This document shows positions 31,002 through 40,847 of a stretch of 64,000 bases of DNA, piece by piece. The translations under genes and the position numbers were made by a program. The first letter of the stretch is position 1, and each line of letters opens with the position of its first letter. The DNA is from Candidatus Latescibacterota bacterium. GTDB lineage: Bacteria > Latescibacterota > UBA2968 > SICM01. Where the stretch lies: NCBI GenBank assembly GCA_965217865.1, contig CBDCJO010000002.1, positions 4,544,001 to 4,608,000 of the forward strand, in the 5' to 3' direction. The notes below the pieces were generated by a model. The model had not been told where the DNA came from. It searched no databases and saw only the letters and a list, made by a program, of their open reading frames with translations.

Positions 31002-31463
31002 ATGGCGACCTTCGAAGCTCTGATCACGATCGACGCGCCTGTTCAGGACGTCTGGAAGGCGTTATCGGATATCGGCTCGATCCACAGGTGGAACCCCGGC
31101 GTTGTATCCTCCTACGTCAACACGGATCAGGAGGCAGGCGTTGGTGCGGGCCGGCGCTGTTATCTTGGGGGCAAGAACTATCTGGATGAAAGGGTCGTGG
31201 CGTGGGAGGACGGCGAACGTCTGACGATGCGAATCATCGGCACAAACCTCCCGTTCAAGACGGCGGACATTCGTTTCACTTTAAACGTGGAGCACGATTC
31301 CACGGTGGTCAAGGTCTCGCCCGATTATGAGCTCAAGTTCGGTCCGATGGGAAAGCTTATCGATCTTCTCTTTGCTCGTAGATCTTACGCGAAGGGTATG
31401 AATGACCTGCTTGCGGGGCTCAAGGACTATGTTGAAGGAAAGACACAGGTGCCGGCCGAGTGA
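31002..31463 (+). CDS. SRPBCC (polyketide cyclase-like) family protein
   Basis: IDAPVQDVWKALSD...WNPGV...GVGAGRRC...LAGLKDYVE. Confidence 0.85.
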   Translation: MATFEALITIDAPVQDVWKALSDIGSIHRWNPGVVSSYVNTDQEAGVGAGRRCYLGGKNYLDERVVAWEDGERLTMRIIGTNLPFKTADIRFTLNVEHDSTVVKVSPDYELKFGPMGKLIDLLFARRSYAKGMNDLLAGLKDYVEGKTQVPAE

Positions 31464-31575
31464 GGGAATGGATATATCCCTCAGATTTTTTGATGATAAC
31501 AGGCCCCGCAGGCCAACTGATTTGAGTTTACGAATGGCAGTATCTTTTTTCCCGTCAGGAAGGAGGCGAACATAG

Positions 31576-31899
31576 ATGGTAAAAGACAATTCTTCGTGGG
31601 GTGAAAAGCGAAAACATCCGCGGATCGAGATTGAACTTCCGGTTCTGGCACACGTGGAAGGGGAAAAGAAGGAGACCGTGATTTCGCAATTGGTGGACAT
31701 CAGCGCACACGGCATGCAGCTCAAGATGGCCAGTTCCGATTTCGAAACCCTCCAGACAGGTTCAAAACAGGAAGGTAAGAACAACCGTTTTGAAATCCGA
31801 CTCACTGCCCGGCTTTCGTGGGTCATGCCGGATGAGCAGGGGTTGTTCAAAACAGGGTGGGAGTTCAACATCGTGGACGATGAGGAACGGATCGGATAA
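31576..31899 (+). CDS. PilZ domain protein
   Basis: EKRKHPR (RxxxR) and DISAHG (DxSxxG) c-di-GMP-binding motifs. Confidence 0.85.
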   Translation: MVKDNSSWGEKRKHPRIEIELPVLAHVEGEKKETVISQLVDISAHGMQLKMASSDFETLQTGSKQEGKNNRFEIRLTARLSWVMPDEQGLFKTGWEFNIVDDEERIG

Positions 31900-31904
31900 C
31901 AAAA

Positions 31905-32225
31905 CCCGTGGATCGTGATTCGTGAATCGGGGTTCGGAAGTCGGGGTTCAAAGGTCAGGGAAAAGTAGTAGCAGTGGCAGGAAAACCGTGAAACGTCAGA
32001 CGTGAGACGTGAGACGGGAAAGGCCCTTCCGCCCCTCCTGAATACAGAATACAGGAGATAGAATACAGAAGAAGACTAAAAAAAAACGAGGGGTCAGAGG
32101 CCAGAGGTCAGGGAAAAGACAAACCGTGAAACGTGAAACGGGGAAGGTGAGTAGCAGTAGCAGTAGCAGTGGAAGTGGCAGGAAAGGCAAAAGCAGGGGT
32201 CGGGGATGTGGGATGGTAAAAAATG
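31905..32225 (+). repeat. Purine-rich heptamer/hexamer mosaic repeat tract
   Basis: TCGTGA, GTGAGAC/GTGAAAC, GAATACA, GAGGTCA, GCAGTA units. Confidence 0.7.
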
Positions 32226-32365
32226 AAGTCGAAGCCCGTATGGTAGGAGCCGTCTCCTGGCGGCGAATATGAGAAAGAACGTGAAGCGTATCTCGCGAAG
32301 CGGAAATCCAAGACCATCCTGGGCTACTGCGAGATGCGCTTCATGTTTTACCATCACATTGGCCA

Positions 32366-33496
32366 TTGAAGAATACTTGTGACGTTGCGATTATCGGGGG
32401 TGGTGCCGCGGGATGCGCGGTTGCGTATTATCTCGCGAAGGCAGGCGTACGGGCGACGATCGTTGAGCGGGAAGGTGTGGGCCTCCAGGCATCCGGATAT
32501 TCCGCGGGAGGTCTTCATCCGCTGCAGGGCGCGGGCATCCCAGGTTCCATGGGTCCGATGGCGATCGCATCGTTTCGGATGCATCTGGATTTGTGGGATC
32601 AGCTCAAGGCGGAGTCGGACCTGGATTTCAAGCCCGAACGAATCGCAAGGGTGGAGGTGGCCTTCGAAGATTCGGACCTGCCGAATCTTGAAGAGACTCT
32701 GAAGGTGTGCGAGTCGACCGATGGATTTTCCGCCCGCTGGATGGATGATCGCGAGCTGCGCGACCTGGAGCCCAGGCTGTCCCCGCGGGTCATCCGGGGG
32801 CTCCATACCTTCGGAGACGCAGCCCTCAACAGTCTGGACTACACGGTCGCACTTTCAAGAGCGGCGGAAGGGCTCGGGACGGTGATCCGAAAAGGGATCG
32901 TGAACGGGCTGAAAAAGTCGGACGCTTATGTTACGGGTCTCACCCTGGAGGACGGCGAGCTTTTATGCGATCGGGTGGTGGTGGCTGCGGGACCCTGGTC
33001 CGCGCGGGCTGGGGGGTGGCTGGCCATTCCCATACCTGTATCTCCCCAGAAGGGGGAGATTCTTCGAATGGAGGTTCCGGGGGGCCCGCTCCCGTGTGAT
33101 TTTTCATCCCCTGCCATCAACCTGTTCCGCAGGCCGGACGGTCTGGCGTGGATCGGAGCCACCGAAGAGCTTCGGGGATTCGACACCAGTCCCAGCGCGT
33201 GGGCCCGGCAGTTCCTTCTGGATAGGGCGACCCGTCTCGTGCCTGCAATGGCCGATGCCAGGCTGGTGAAGCATACGGCCTGTCTTCGACCCCTTACTTC
33301 CGACCGGATGCCGATCATCGGGAAGGCCCCGGGATGGGAAAACGTCTACCTGGCCACGGGTGCGGGAAAGAAGGGGATCCTGATCAGCCCGGGAATGGGG
33401 AAGGCCATCGCGGACCTGATAACCACAGGGGAGACGCGTATCCCGATCGAGCCCTTCTCTCCCGATCGCTTCAGGGGTGTCGATAGCGTCAGTTAA
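32366..33496 (+). CDS. FAD-dependent oxidoreductase (glycine oxidase/DAO family)
   Basis: IIGGGAAG Rossmann motif, AAGPWS, P.KGEI, CLRP.T.D.MPIIG. Confidence 0.88.
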   Translation: MKNTCDVAIIGGGAAGCAVAYYLAKAGVRATIVEREGVGLQASGYSAGGLHPLQGAGIPGSMGPMAIASFRMHLDLWDQLKAESDLDFKPERIARVEVAFEDSDLPNLEETLKVCESTDGFSARWMDDRELRDLEPRLSPRVIRGLHTFGDAALNSLDYTVALSRAAEGLGTVIRKGIVNGLKKSDAYVTGLTLEDGELLCDRVVVAAGPWSARAGGWLAIPIPVSPQKGEILRMEVPGGPLPCDFSSPAINLFRRPDGLAWIGATEELRGFDTSPSAWARQFLLDRATRLVPAMADARLVKHTACLRPLTSDRMPIIGKAPGWENVYLATGAGKKGILISPGMGKAIADLITTGETRIPIEPFSPDRFRGVDSVS

Positions 33497-33528
33497 CGAA
33501 CCCGAAAAACTTAAATAGATCCGGGGCT

Positions 33529-34332
33529 TCAGGTTCCGGTGCTTTGATATCGCTTCAAGCCGGCCTTCCACAGCAATACGGCGATGGAAAACATGCTCAA
33601 TCCCACAATGGGACCCATAAACTGGATGTAGGGATGAAAAAGGAGAATATCGTTCTTCTGGAGGAAATATTGCGCGGGATAGAAATTGATGAAGGCATAG
33701 GGAATGATGAATGTCAGGATGAATTGGATAAACTTGGGGTAGATCGAAATCGGGTACTGCACGAAATCCCGCATCCCCCAGATGAAGAAGCCCACGAAGG
33801 ACTCGGCCCTCACCAGCCAAAAGCTGGCAACGGAGGTATAGACAATAAACGATACCTGAATCATCCAGGCCGAGAGAATCGCGACAAGAAGCCAGAGCCA
33901 TGAAAAAAAGGTAAATGAGATCGAGAGGTTGCTCAAAGCGAACCCGATCACCGTAGAGCTGATCAGGATATGCGCAAAATGTCCGTATCTGAACCGCTTA
34001 ATGATGAAGTAGAGAGAAACACTCATCGGGCGAATTAGAAACTCATCGAACTCCCCGGATTGCACATATTCCCCCAAGCGCATGAATGAGCTCCAGGTAC
34101 AGAGGGCCGCCATTCCGTATGCGAGCATATTCATACCCAGAAGCAAGAGTACTTCATAAGCCCTCCAGTTTCCGATATGCTCAAAACGATCGATGACAAC
34201 CCATACGACAAACATTTCGCCCCCGTACAAGAATATCATGCCGATAATGCCCACGAAAAAAGCCGCCCGATATTCAGCCAGGTGTTGTGCCCACAAACTG
34301 CCAAACCGGAAGAACATGGTGATGCTGTGCAT
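33529..34332 (-). CDS. ABC-2 family transporter permease (intact copy)
   Basis: GEFDEFLIRP, YPISIYP, C-terminal YQSTGT. Confidence 0.9.
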   Translation of the reverse strand: MHSITMFFRFGSLWAQHLAEYRAAFFVGIIGMIFLYGGEMFVVWVVIDRFEHIGNWRAYEVLLLLGMNMLAYGMAALCTWSSFMRLGEYVQSGEFDEFLIRPMSVSLYFIIKRFRYGHFAHILISSTVIGFALSNLSISFTFFSWLWLLVAILSAWMIQVSFIVYTSVASFWLVRAESFVGFFIWGMRDFVQYPISIYPKFIQFILTFIIPYAFINFYPAQYFLQKNDILLFHPYIQFMGPIVGLSMFSIAVLLWKAGLKRYQSTGT

Positions 34333-34479
34333 CCCTTATCCTCCTTGCACAACCGTTTTTCGTATGGTCTTCGACCAGACGAATCGTTCGACAAGAACCC
34401 TTTCTGCAATCCACGCCAAAAGGGGTGTCGATGGCGTCAGTTAACGAACCCGAAAAAATTAAAGGTGAAATCCATGCCT

Positions 34480-35252
34480 TCAGGTGCCGGTGCTTTGATA
34501 TCGCTTCAAGCCGGCCTTCCACAGCAGCACGGCGATGGAAAACATGCTCAATCCCACAATGGGACCCATAAACTGGATATATGGATGGAACAGAAGAACA
34601 TCGTTCTTCTGAAGGCATAGGGAATGATGAATGTCAGGATGAATTGGATAAACTTGGGATATATCGAAATCGGGTACTGCACGAAGTTGCGCATCCCCCA
34701 GACGAAGAAGCTCACGAAGGACTCCGCCCTCACCAGCCAAAAGCTCGCAACGGCGGTATAGACAATAAACGATACCTGAATCATCGAGGCCGAGAGAATC
34801 GCGACAAGAAGCCAGAACCATTTAAAAAGCGTAAACGAGATCGAGAGGTTGCTCAGAGCGAATCCGATCACCGTGGAGCTGATCAGGATATGTGCAAGAT
34901 GTCCGTATCTGAACCGCTTAATGATGAAGTAGAGAGAAACACTCATCGGGCGAATCAGAAACTCATCGAACTCGCCGGATTGGACATATTCCCCCAACCG
35001 CGAGAATGAGCTCCAGGTAAAGAGGCCCGCCATCCCGTATGCGAGCATATTCATACCAAGAAGCAACAGCACTTCATAGGCCCTCCAGTTTCCGATATGC
35101 TCAAAACGATCGATGACAATCCAGACGACGAACATTTCGCCCCCGAACAGGAATATCATACCGATAGTTCCCACGAAAAAAGCCGCCCGATATTCAGCCA
35201 GGTGTTGTGCCCATAGACTGGCAAACCGGAAGAACATGGTGATGCTGTGCAT
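34480..35252 (-). pseudogene. ABC-2 permease copy with 31-bp deletion and frameshift at about 34610
   Basis: Near-identical to 33529-34332 but lacks the segment encoding INFYPAQYFL. Confidence 0.85.
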
Positions 35253-35255
35253 TCC

Positions 35256-36047
35256 CTATCCTCCTTGCACAACCGTTTTTCTTATCGCTTTCGACCAGAC
35301 GAATCGCTCGATAAGAACCATTCCCGCAATCCACGCAAGCTGCAGAAGGCATAGAGATGGCAGATCCTCCACGGGGACTTTTCCGAGGTAAACGGCTGCG
35401 GGCAAGAAATAAAGAAACTGATACGGAAGCCATTGGGCTATGGTATTGATGTAGGCCGGAAAGAACCAGAGCGGGACGATTCGCCCCGCAAAGATCGTAC
35501 TGAAGATTGTATTCAGGGAGTTGGGATGTGCAGCGGATATAACCCAGAACACTGTCGTCCCAAGCGTGAACTGAATGTAGTAATTCAAAACGACGGCTCC
35601 CAAGGTCATGAACACGAACCCGATACCGTGAGCGGTGCTGGCAGGGGATTTCATTCCGAACAGGAATATGCTCAAAATCAAAATAGGTGTCAGGCCCGTA
35701 AGGATCTCTCCAATCGATTTGCCTATGTTCTCCGCAAACTTAGCTGATTTATACGATACCGGACGGATCAGTTTCATGCCGATATCCCCGTATCGCACGT
35801 CCCTTTCTATGGCATAGATGAAGCCTGCCCGTGTGAACGCATCGACGATGCGCACGACCAGCACATAGGTGATCATTTCGGGCAGATTGATCCCGGCCAC
35901 ATCTCCCTTCCCGGCATAGAGTGCTTTCCAGATCGAAATCTGAATCAGGATCAGAAAGAACCCGCTCAGGAAGGCGAATAACCAGTTCGCGCGGTAGGCC
36001 ATGGACTGTTGGAGCTGGCGTTTTGTCAGCTCAACGAAGTAACGCAT
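35256..36047 (-). CDS. ABC-2 family transporter permease
   Basis: YRANW, LIRPV, GRIVPLWFFP, C-terminal VVQGG. Confidence 0.9.
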   Translation of the reverse strand: MRYFVELTKRQLQQSMAYRANWLFAFLSGFFLILIQISIWKALYAGKGDVAGINLPEMITYVLVVRIVDAFTRAGFIYAIERDVRYGDIGMKLIRPVSYKSAKFAENIGKSIGEILTGLTPILILSIFLFGMKSPASTAHGIGFVFMTLGAVVLNYYIQFTLGTTVFWVISAAHPNSLNTIFSTIFAGRIVPLWFFPAYINTIAQWLPYQFLYFLPAAVYLGKVPVEDLPSLCLLQLAWIAGMVLIERFVWSKAIRKTVVQGG

Positions 36048-36065
36048 TTCTGCTTTTTCCTTAGA

Positions 36066-37124
36066 TCAACGGCTGCTTTTGAACGTTCCGGGCATCCACG
36101 CGGACTCCTGCTCGACAAACTCCTGATCGCTCCCACGCGAGATGCCCGTCTTTTCATAGATATTCCGAACGATCTCTTCAACGCTGGTTTCCCGAAAGGT
36201 CAGGTCCCGGATCTGATGTGTCCCCACGATTTTCTGAATGACCCCGACGATCGAGACCTGATTGCGGTTGAATTCGATCCATTTTATCGATCCCTCTTCT
36301 TTAGTCACCTGCGATCCTTCCGGGGGGCTGAATTGATCCGGTTCTGACTCGAATTCTACTGTCAGCGTGACTTTCCCTCCAAAACGGTTCTTGATATCCT
36401 CCAGATCACCGTCCCAGATGATCCTTCCCCGATCGATCATGAGAAGCCGTCTGCACACCTGTTCGACATCGTTCATGTCGTGTGTCGTGAGGATGATCGT
36501 CACGCGCAAGTCTTTGTTCACCGACCGTAGGAACCGTCGGATTCGCTCCTTGGCGACGACATCCAATCCGATAGTCGGCTCGTCGAGGTAAACGATGTCC
36601 GGACCGTGGAGAAAGGCCCCTGCCAGTTCACACCGCATCTTCTGGCCGAGACTGAGCTGGCGCACGGGCCGATCCATGAACGACTCCATTTCGAGGAGTT
36701 CGACGAACATATCCAGGTTCTTCTTAAAGAGATCCTCCGGCACCCGGTAGAGATGCCGCGCGAGATGGAAAGATTCTATCGCGGGGATGTCCCACATCAG
36801 CTGCGTGCGCTGACCGAACACCACGCCCATCCGCCTGGCATTTTCCACCCGTTCTTTCCATGGAATCCTGCCTCTGACCGTTACCGTTCCCGAGGTCGGG
36901 ACCAGGATGCCGGTGAGGACTTTCAGGGTGGTCGATTTGCCTGCGCCGTTCGGACCCACATATCCGATCAGTTCCCCCTCCTCGATCGTAAAATCGACCC
37001 CATCCAGGGCCTTGACGATCGAACGCTGCCGATCGAAAAGGTCCCGAAGGGCACCGGTCAACCCCCTGCGATGTTTATACACCTCGTAATTCTTGACCAG
37101 GTCCTTCACTTCAATTAAGGCCAT
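36066..37124 (-). CDS. ABC transporter ATP-binding protein
   Basis: GPNGAGKST, LSLGQKMR, YLDEPT; paralog of 11352-12335. Confidence 0.95.
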   Translation of the reverse strand: MALIEVKDLVKNYEVYKHRRGLTGALRDLFDRQRSIVKALDGVDFTIEEGELIGYVGPNGAGKSTTLKVLTGILVPTSGTVTVRGRIPWKERVENARRMGVVFGQRTQLMWDIPAIESFHLARHLYRVPEDLFKKNLDMFVELLEMESFMDRPVRQLSLGQKMRCELAGAFLHGPDIVYLDEPTIGLDVVAKERIRRFLRSVNKDLRVTIILTTHDMNDVEQVCRRLLMIDRGRIIWDGDLEDIKNRFGGKVTLTVEFESEPDQFSPPEGSQVTKEEGSIKWIEFNRNQVSIVGVIQKIVGTHQIRDLTFRETSVEEIVRNIYEKTGISRGSDQEFVEQESAWMPGTFKSSR

Positions 37125-37199
37125 CTGTTTCTCCGTGGTTTTTCGCGGCGCAGGAAAGATTGGCTTACCGGCCGGGCAAGATAAAAATCCGGTTTATCC

Positions 37200-38123
37200 T
37201 TAGGCGGGACGCGTTCGCGAAGTTCCGAATACTTCTTCCAGCTTCACCCGCACTTCATCGAGCAGACCCGCATCGGGCGGGGGATAGGGGGGGCCCATCC
37301 GGTTGTTCGGATAGAGTCCCTGGAGCTGTACGGCGGATTTCAGGACGCAATGCCAGTTTCGATCGATCGCCCACTGCATCCAGGGTTCTTCATAGCGGAA
37401 GACCATCTGCCAGGCCCCGTCGATGTCCCCTTTGATCAGGATTTCGTAAAACTGAAGGGGGATATCGGGCCGAAATGGGGCGATCGGACACAGATAAGCC
37501 GGAGATCCGATCTGGTATCCGAATACGAAGTTACGCATCTGGCCCCCGGAGATCACACCGAATTGCTGCTCTCGGGTCGCCCTTATCAGGTCGTAATAGT
37601 CCTTGAAGGCGTCTCCATCGTTCTTCATCCCGACGATGTTTTGACGCTCTGCCAGCCGAGAAACGACCTCCGGGTGGAACGGGGGTTCCCGGGTGCTCCA
37701 GAGCAACAGGGGAATATCGCTGCCACCTTCGATCTGATCAAAGTATCTCTCCATCATCTCCCGGGTCCGGGGAAATCCGGTGTGGATCTGGACCTTGACG
37801 GCATCGGCCCCGACGGCGTCTGCGTGCTTCAGAAAATCCCTGGCTTTAGCGGGTTTCCAGAAGGCGGTGGAGGCGATAAAGAGAGAGCGGCCCGCGTTTG
37901 CTTCAGCGACCGAAGCGGTCACGTCCCAGAGCTCTTCATCACTCATGCAGTAAAATTCACTGCTTCCGTAAGTCAGGAGGAGGACAGGCACCTTCTCGAC
38001 ACATAACCAGTCGACATAATTCCGAACTGCAGAATGGTTTATGGTTCCGTCGTCGTTGAAACAGATGTTTAGGGGGACCACAGGTCCCTTCATGCGGGAA
38101 AGGACGTTTTCAGATCTGGTCAT
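37200..38123 (-). CDS. Dihydrodipicolinate synthase-like (DapA/class I aldolase) family protein
   Basis: GPVVPL...FNDDGTIN, GSSEF, GADAV, NIVGMKND (Schiff-base Lys); ATG 38123 preferred. Confidence 0.8.
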   Translation of the reverse strand: MTRSENVLSRMKGPVVPLNICFNDDGTINHSAVRNYVDWLCVEKVPVLLLTYGSSEFYCMSDEELWDVTASVAEANAGRSLFIASTAFWKPAKARDFLKHADAVGADAVKVQIHTGFPRTREMMERYFDQIEGGSDIPLLLWSTREPPFHPEVVSRLAERQNIVGMKNDGDAFKDYYDLIRATREQQFGVISGGQMRNFVFGYQIGSPAYLCPIAPFRPDIPLQFYEILIKGDIDGAWQMVFRYEEPWMQWAIDRNWHCVLKSAVQLQGLYPNNRMGPPYPPPDAGLLDEVRVKLEEVFGTSRTRPA

Positions 38124-38361
38124 AAAGGGCTCCAAAGGGAAAGGTGAAATCCAGAGGTCAGAGGTCGGGGGAAATTGAAGATCGAAAATTGAAGATTGAA
38201 GATTGAAGATCCTCCTAGTTTTTGGTGGAGAGCGAGGTTCTGTGAGGCGACGCATCAGCGGGCCAACGGTCCGCGATCCGAGCGTCAGGGAGCGTTTTCG
38301 ATCTTTTGTGCTGAACACTAGATGAATCAGGATACGGGACAGGGATTAGGGGATGTGAAAT

Positions 38362-38450
38362 TATCGCGGCCCTTCAGGCCGCAAGATGCTATTGCTTTCC
38401 AAGGACCCAGGGCGGTGCCCTGGGTTGAGGGACATCGCGCCGTTGGCGCT
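38362..38450. repeat. REP-like palindromic element
   Basis: Three hairpins: GCGGCC/GGCCGC, ACCCAGGGC/GCCCTGGGT, GCGCC/GGCGC. Confidence 0.5.
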
Positions 38451-38520
38451 GGAGAAGAATCGATCAAATTTAGCGGTTTGCGGGCCCCCGGTCCAAGCCT
38501 TTTGTGATAAAAAAAGTTGC

Positions 38521-38750
38521 TTGACTTTAGGGGGTCAAGATCATATCTTGTCCGGATAAATTTATCGAATATCGTGGGCAAAGGCAGGGGAAAAGGTGAA
38601 ACCGATTCGTCTCGAGTCCAGCAATCCCGGAGTGCGGCACGGAGGGTTGGATGCTGCTAAGGAGGCCCCCAACAGGGGATCGCCCGGCGGATTTTGTGTT
38701 TTTCCATGGATTTCGGAGCCCGCCATTGAGTCCACGGCGGGTTTTTTTTT
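38521..38750 (+). ncRNA. Candidate ncRNA or orphan attenuator leader with promoter and terminator
   Basis: TTGACT(38521)-17-TATCTT(38544); terminator GCCCGCC/GGCGGGT (38718-38742) plus T run; no downstream gene on this strand. Confidence 0.4.
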
Positions 38751-38924
38751 AGCGAACTGTTGAGTAGGGAAGTGTGGGCCTGATGATCTCCTTCCGCATC
38801 TCCGTACTTCCAACGTATATCGGTAGGGAGGAGGGACAGGATGTCCCGAAGGGATAAAAAAATTCCGCAATAATGCGATTCTTCGTTTATTGCGGAATCG
38901 AATTGGGTTCATACCCAACGCGTT

Positions 38925-39506
38925 TTACACCAGGTCACAGGCCTCGGCCGGCATCCAATGGGCGTCCTTTCCGTCCCATTTGACATTACAGCCGAGGGGA
39001 TTGGTCACCGGGTGGCTCACGGGGGCACCCGAAAGGTGCTCCTTCAGGGTGTTGTCGAGATCATTGACGGAAATCTTATCCGATTCCTTCGGATTATCCA
39101 CCCCTCGACCGGTGTAGATGAGTTTTCGATCCACGTCGAATACGAAAAAATGCGGCGTTCTGAGTGCCCCGTAGGCCAGGGCGACTTCCTGAGTCTTGTC
39201 GTGAAGGTAGAGCCAAGGAAAATGGTGGGTCCTCATCCGCTCGACCATATGCCCAAAGCTGTCGTTTGGGTGGGTGTTTTCGCTGTTGGAATTGATCATC
39301 ACAAATTTAACACCCTGTGGGAGGAACTGCTCGACGGTTTTTCGGGTGCCTTCGTCCGATCCGATGACATACGGACAGTGGTTGCAGGTGAATGAAACGA
39401 CCAGGACCCTGGAATCGTCGAAATCGGATAATTTGTAGCTCCTGCCGTCCGTCGCAGGCAGGTCGAAATCGGGTGCCTTCTCTCCGACATGCAATGTAAA
39501 CGCCAT
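38925..39506 (-). CDS. Thioredoxin-fold AhpC/TSA family protein
   Basis: [38 protein letters not shown]. Confidence 0.92.
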   Translation of the reverse strand: MAFTLHVGEKAPDFDLPATDGRSYKLSDFDDSRVLVVSFTCNHCPYVIGSDEGTRKTVEQFLPQGVKFVMINSNSENTHPNDSFGHMVERMRTHHFPWLYLHDKTQEVALAYGALRTPHFFVFDVDRKLIYTGRGVDNPKESDKISVNDLDNTLKEHLSGAPVSHPVTNPLGCNVKWDGKDAHWMPAEACDLV

Positions 39507-39646
39507 GATCGACTCCTTTGAAGATTGTAGACTGAAGATTAATGATTTAGGTAATTAGCAGATTAAGGCTTGACTTTCAGTCCCTTTTTGGTTATATTAA
39601 GTGTAATGAAAACAATTAACTTAACCAAAAAAAGGGAGATAGGAAA

Positions 39647-40531
39647 ATGAACTTGTTGACGGCGATTGAAAAGTTCCCGACGCAGGAATCATGCATTGAG
39701 CATCTTGAGCGGGTAAGGTTCAGAGATGATCCGTTTTGTCCGCTGTGTGGGGCGGTTGGTGAGTGTGCCAGAAAGAAAGAGGGAACTCTTGTGGGGCGTT
39801 GGAACTGCCATGCCTGCGGGTCCAGCTTCAACGTTCTTTCGGGGACAATGTTTCAGGGTACGCATCTTCCGCTCCAGAAGTGGTTTATGGCAATCGCCTT
39901 GATCATCAACGCCAAGAAGAGCCTGTCCAGCTGCCAGCTTGCCCGGGACCTGAACCTTAACCAACGATCTGCATGGTATGTGCAACAGCGGATTCGCGCC
40001 GAGATGGCGACGAGGCAGGGGAAGATATTATTGCGAGGGATCGTCGAGGCAGACGAGACCTACGTTGGAGGCAAGCCACGGAAACGGAACAAGCGGTCAG
40101 GCGGTGGCAGCGCTCCCAGGGGGCGCGGAACCCGCAAGACTCCGGTTATAGGAGCCGTTGAGCGTGGAGGGAAGGTAGTTGCCCGTGTGGCGGACGATCT
40201 GTCTGGTAAGGGGGTTCTGGCCTTCGTCAAGCAGGCGATAGACCCTTCGGAAGAATCTGTGCTTATTACGGACGAATTCAGTTCCTACAGCGCAGTAAGG
40301 CAAATCATGAGTCATGCGGTGATCCACCACGCCAGGCATTACGCGGACGGTGATATACACACCAACACGATCGAAGGCGTGTGGTCCCTGCTCAAGAGAG
40401 CGTGGTACGGTTCACATCATCACTACACGAAGCGTTATACGCCGCTCTACGTGGCCGAAGCCTGCTACAAATACAACAACCGAAAAAACAAGCGGACGTT
40501 TGATACGTTCATGAAAGGGTGCTTCGCATAG
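39647..40531 (+). CDS. IS1595 family transposase (element A), intact
   Basis: N-terminal Zn ribbon CPLC...CHAC, EADETYVGG, TDEF, HTNTIEGVWSLLKR. Confidence 0.95.
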   Translation: MNLLTAIEKFPTQESCIEHLERVRFRDDPFCPLCGAVGECARKKEGTLVGRWNCHACGSSFNVLSGTMFQGTHLPLQKWFMAIALIINAKKSLSSCQLARDLNLNQRSAWYVQQRIRAEMATRQGKILLRGIVEADETYVGGKPRKRNKRSGGGSAPRGRGTRKTPVIGAVERGGKVVARVADDLSGKGVLAFVKQAIDPSEESVLITDEFSSYSAVRQIMSHAVIHHARHYADGDIHTNTIEGVWSLLKRAWYGSHHHYTKRYTPLYVAEACYKYNNRKNKRTFDTFMKGCFA

Positions 40532-40553
40532 CTTAAATTTGGAGGTTAAGTCA

Positions 40554-40712
40554 ATGACCAATATTGAAATAATCAACAAGACGAAGACACAGGACCCGTC
40601 CATCAAAAATATTGGGTCAAACGTCTTCGTCACAATCGTTGATCGTCACGACAAGAGCCTGAGTTCCAATTATGATCGAGATCTCCGATCCGTCGGAAAT
40701 CAGGTTCATTGA
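40554..40712 (+). CDS. Small hypothetical protein (52 aa), possibly a degraded passenger gene
   Basis: GGAGGT RBS then ATG; MTNIEIINKTKTQDPSIK... Confidence 0.3.
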   Translation: MTNIEIINKTKTQDPSIKNIGSNVFVTIVDRHDKSLSSNYDRDLRSVGNQVH

Positions 40713-40847
40713 AACAACACCATATTCCCCACAATAGATCGAGATTCGGCATGGCTTCGAGGACTCGCTTTTCAATCTTAAAACTGATCCTGGTTCGGCA
40801 TTGAAAGATGCCATTTGGGTCTCCAGTAGACGCCCCCGCGTACATTT

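Larger units (their letters stand above)
33473..35337. repeat. Diverged direct tandem duplication (33473-34420 and 34421-35337)
   Basis: Both units begin AGGGGTGTCGAT.GCGTCAGTTAACGAACCCGAAAAA and end in GCAATCCACGC; each contains an ABC-2 permease copy. Confidence 0.9.

Noticed and set aside
33473-35337. Diversity-generating retroelement template/variable repeat pair
   Set aside because: Differences are not adenine-specific, the unit spans a whole gene, and no reverse transcriptase is present in the window
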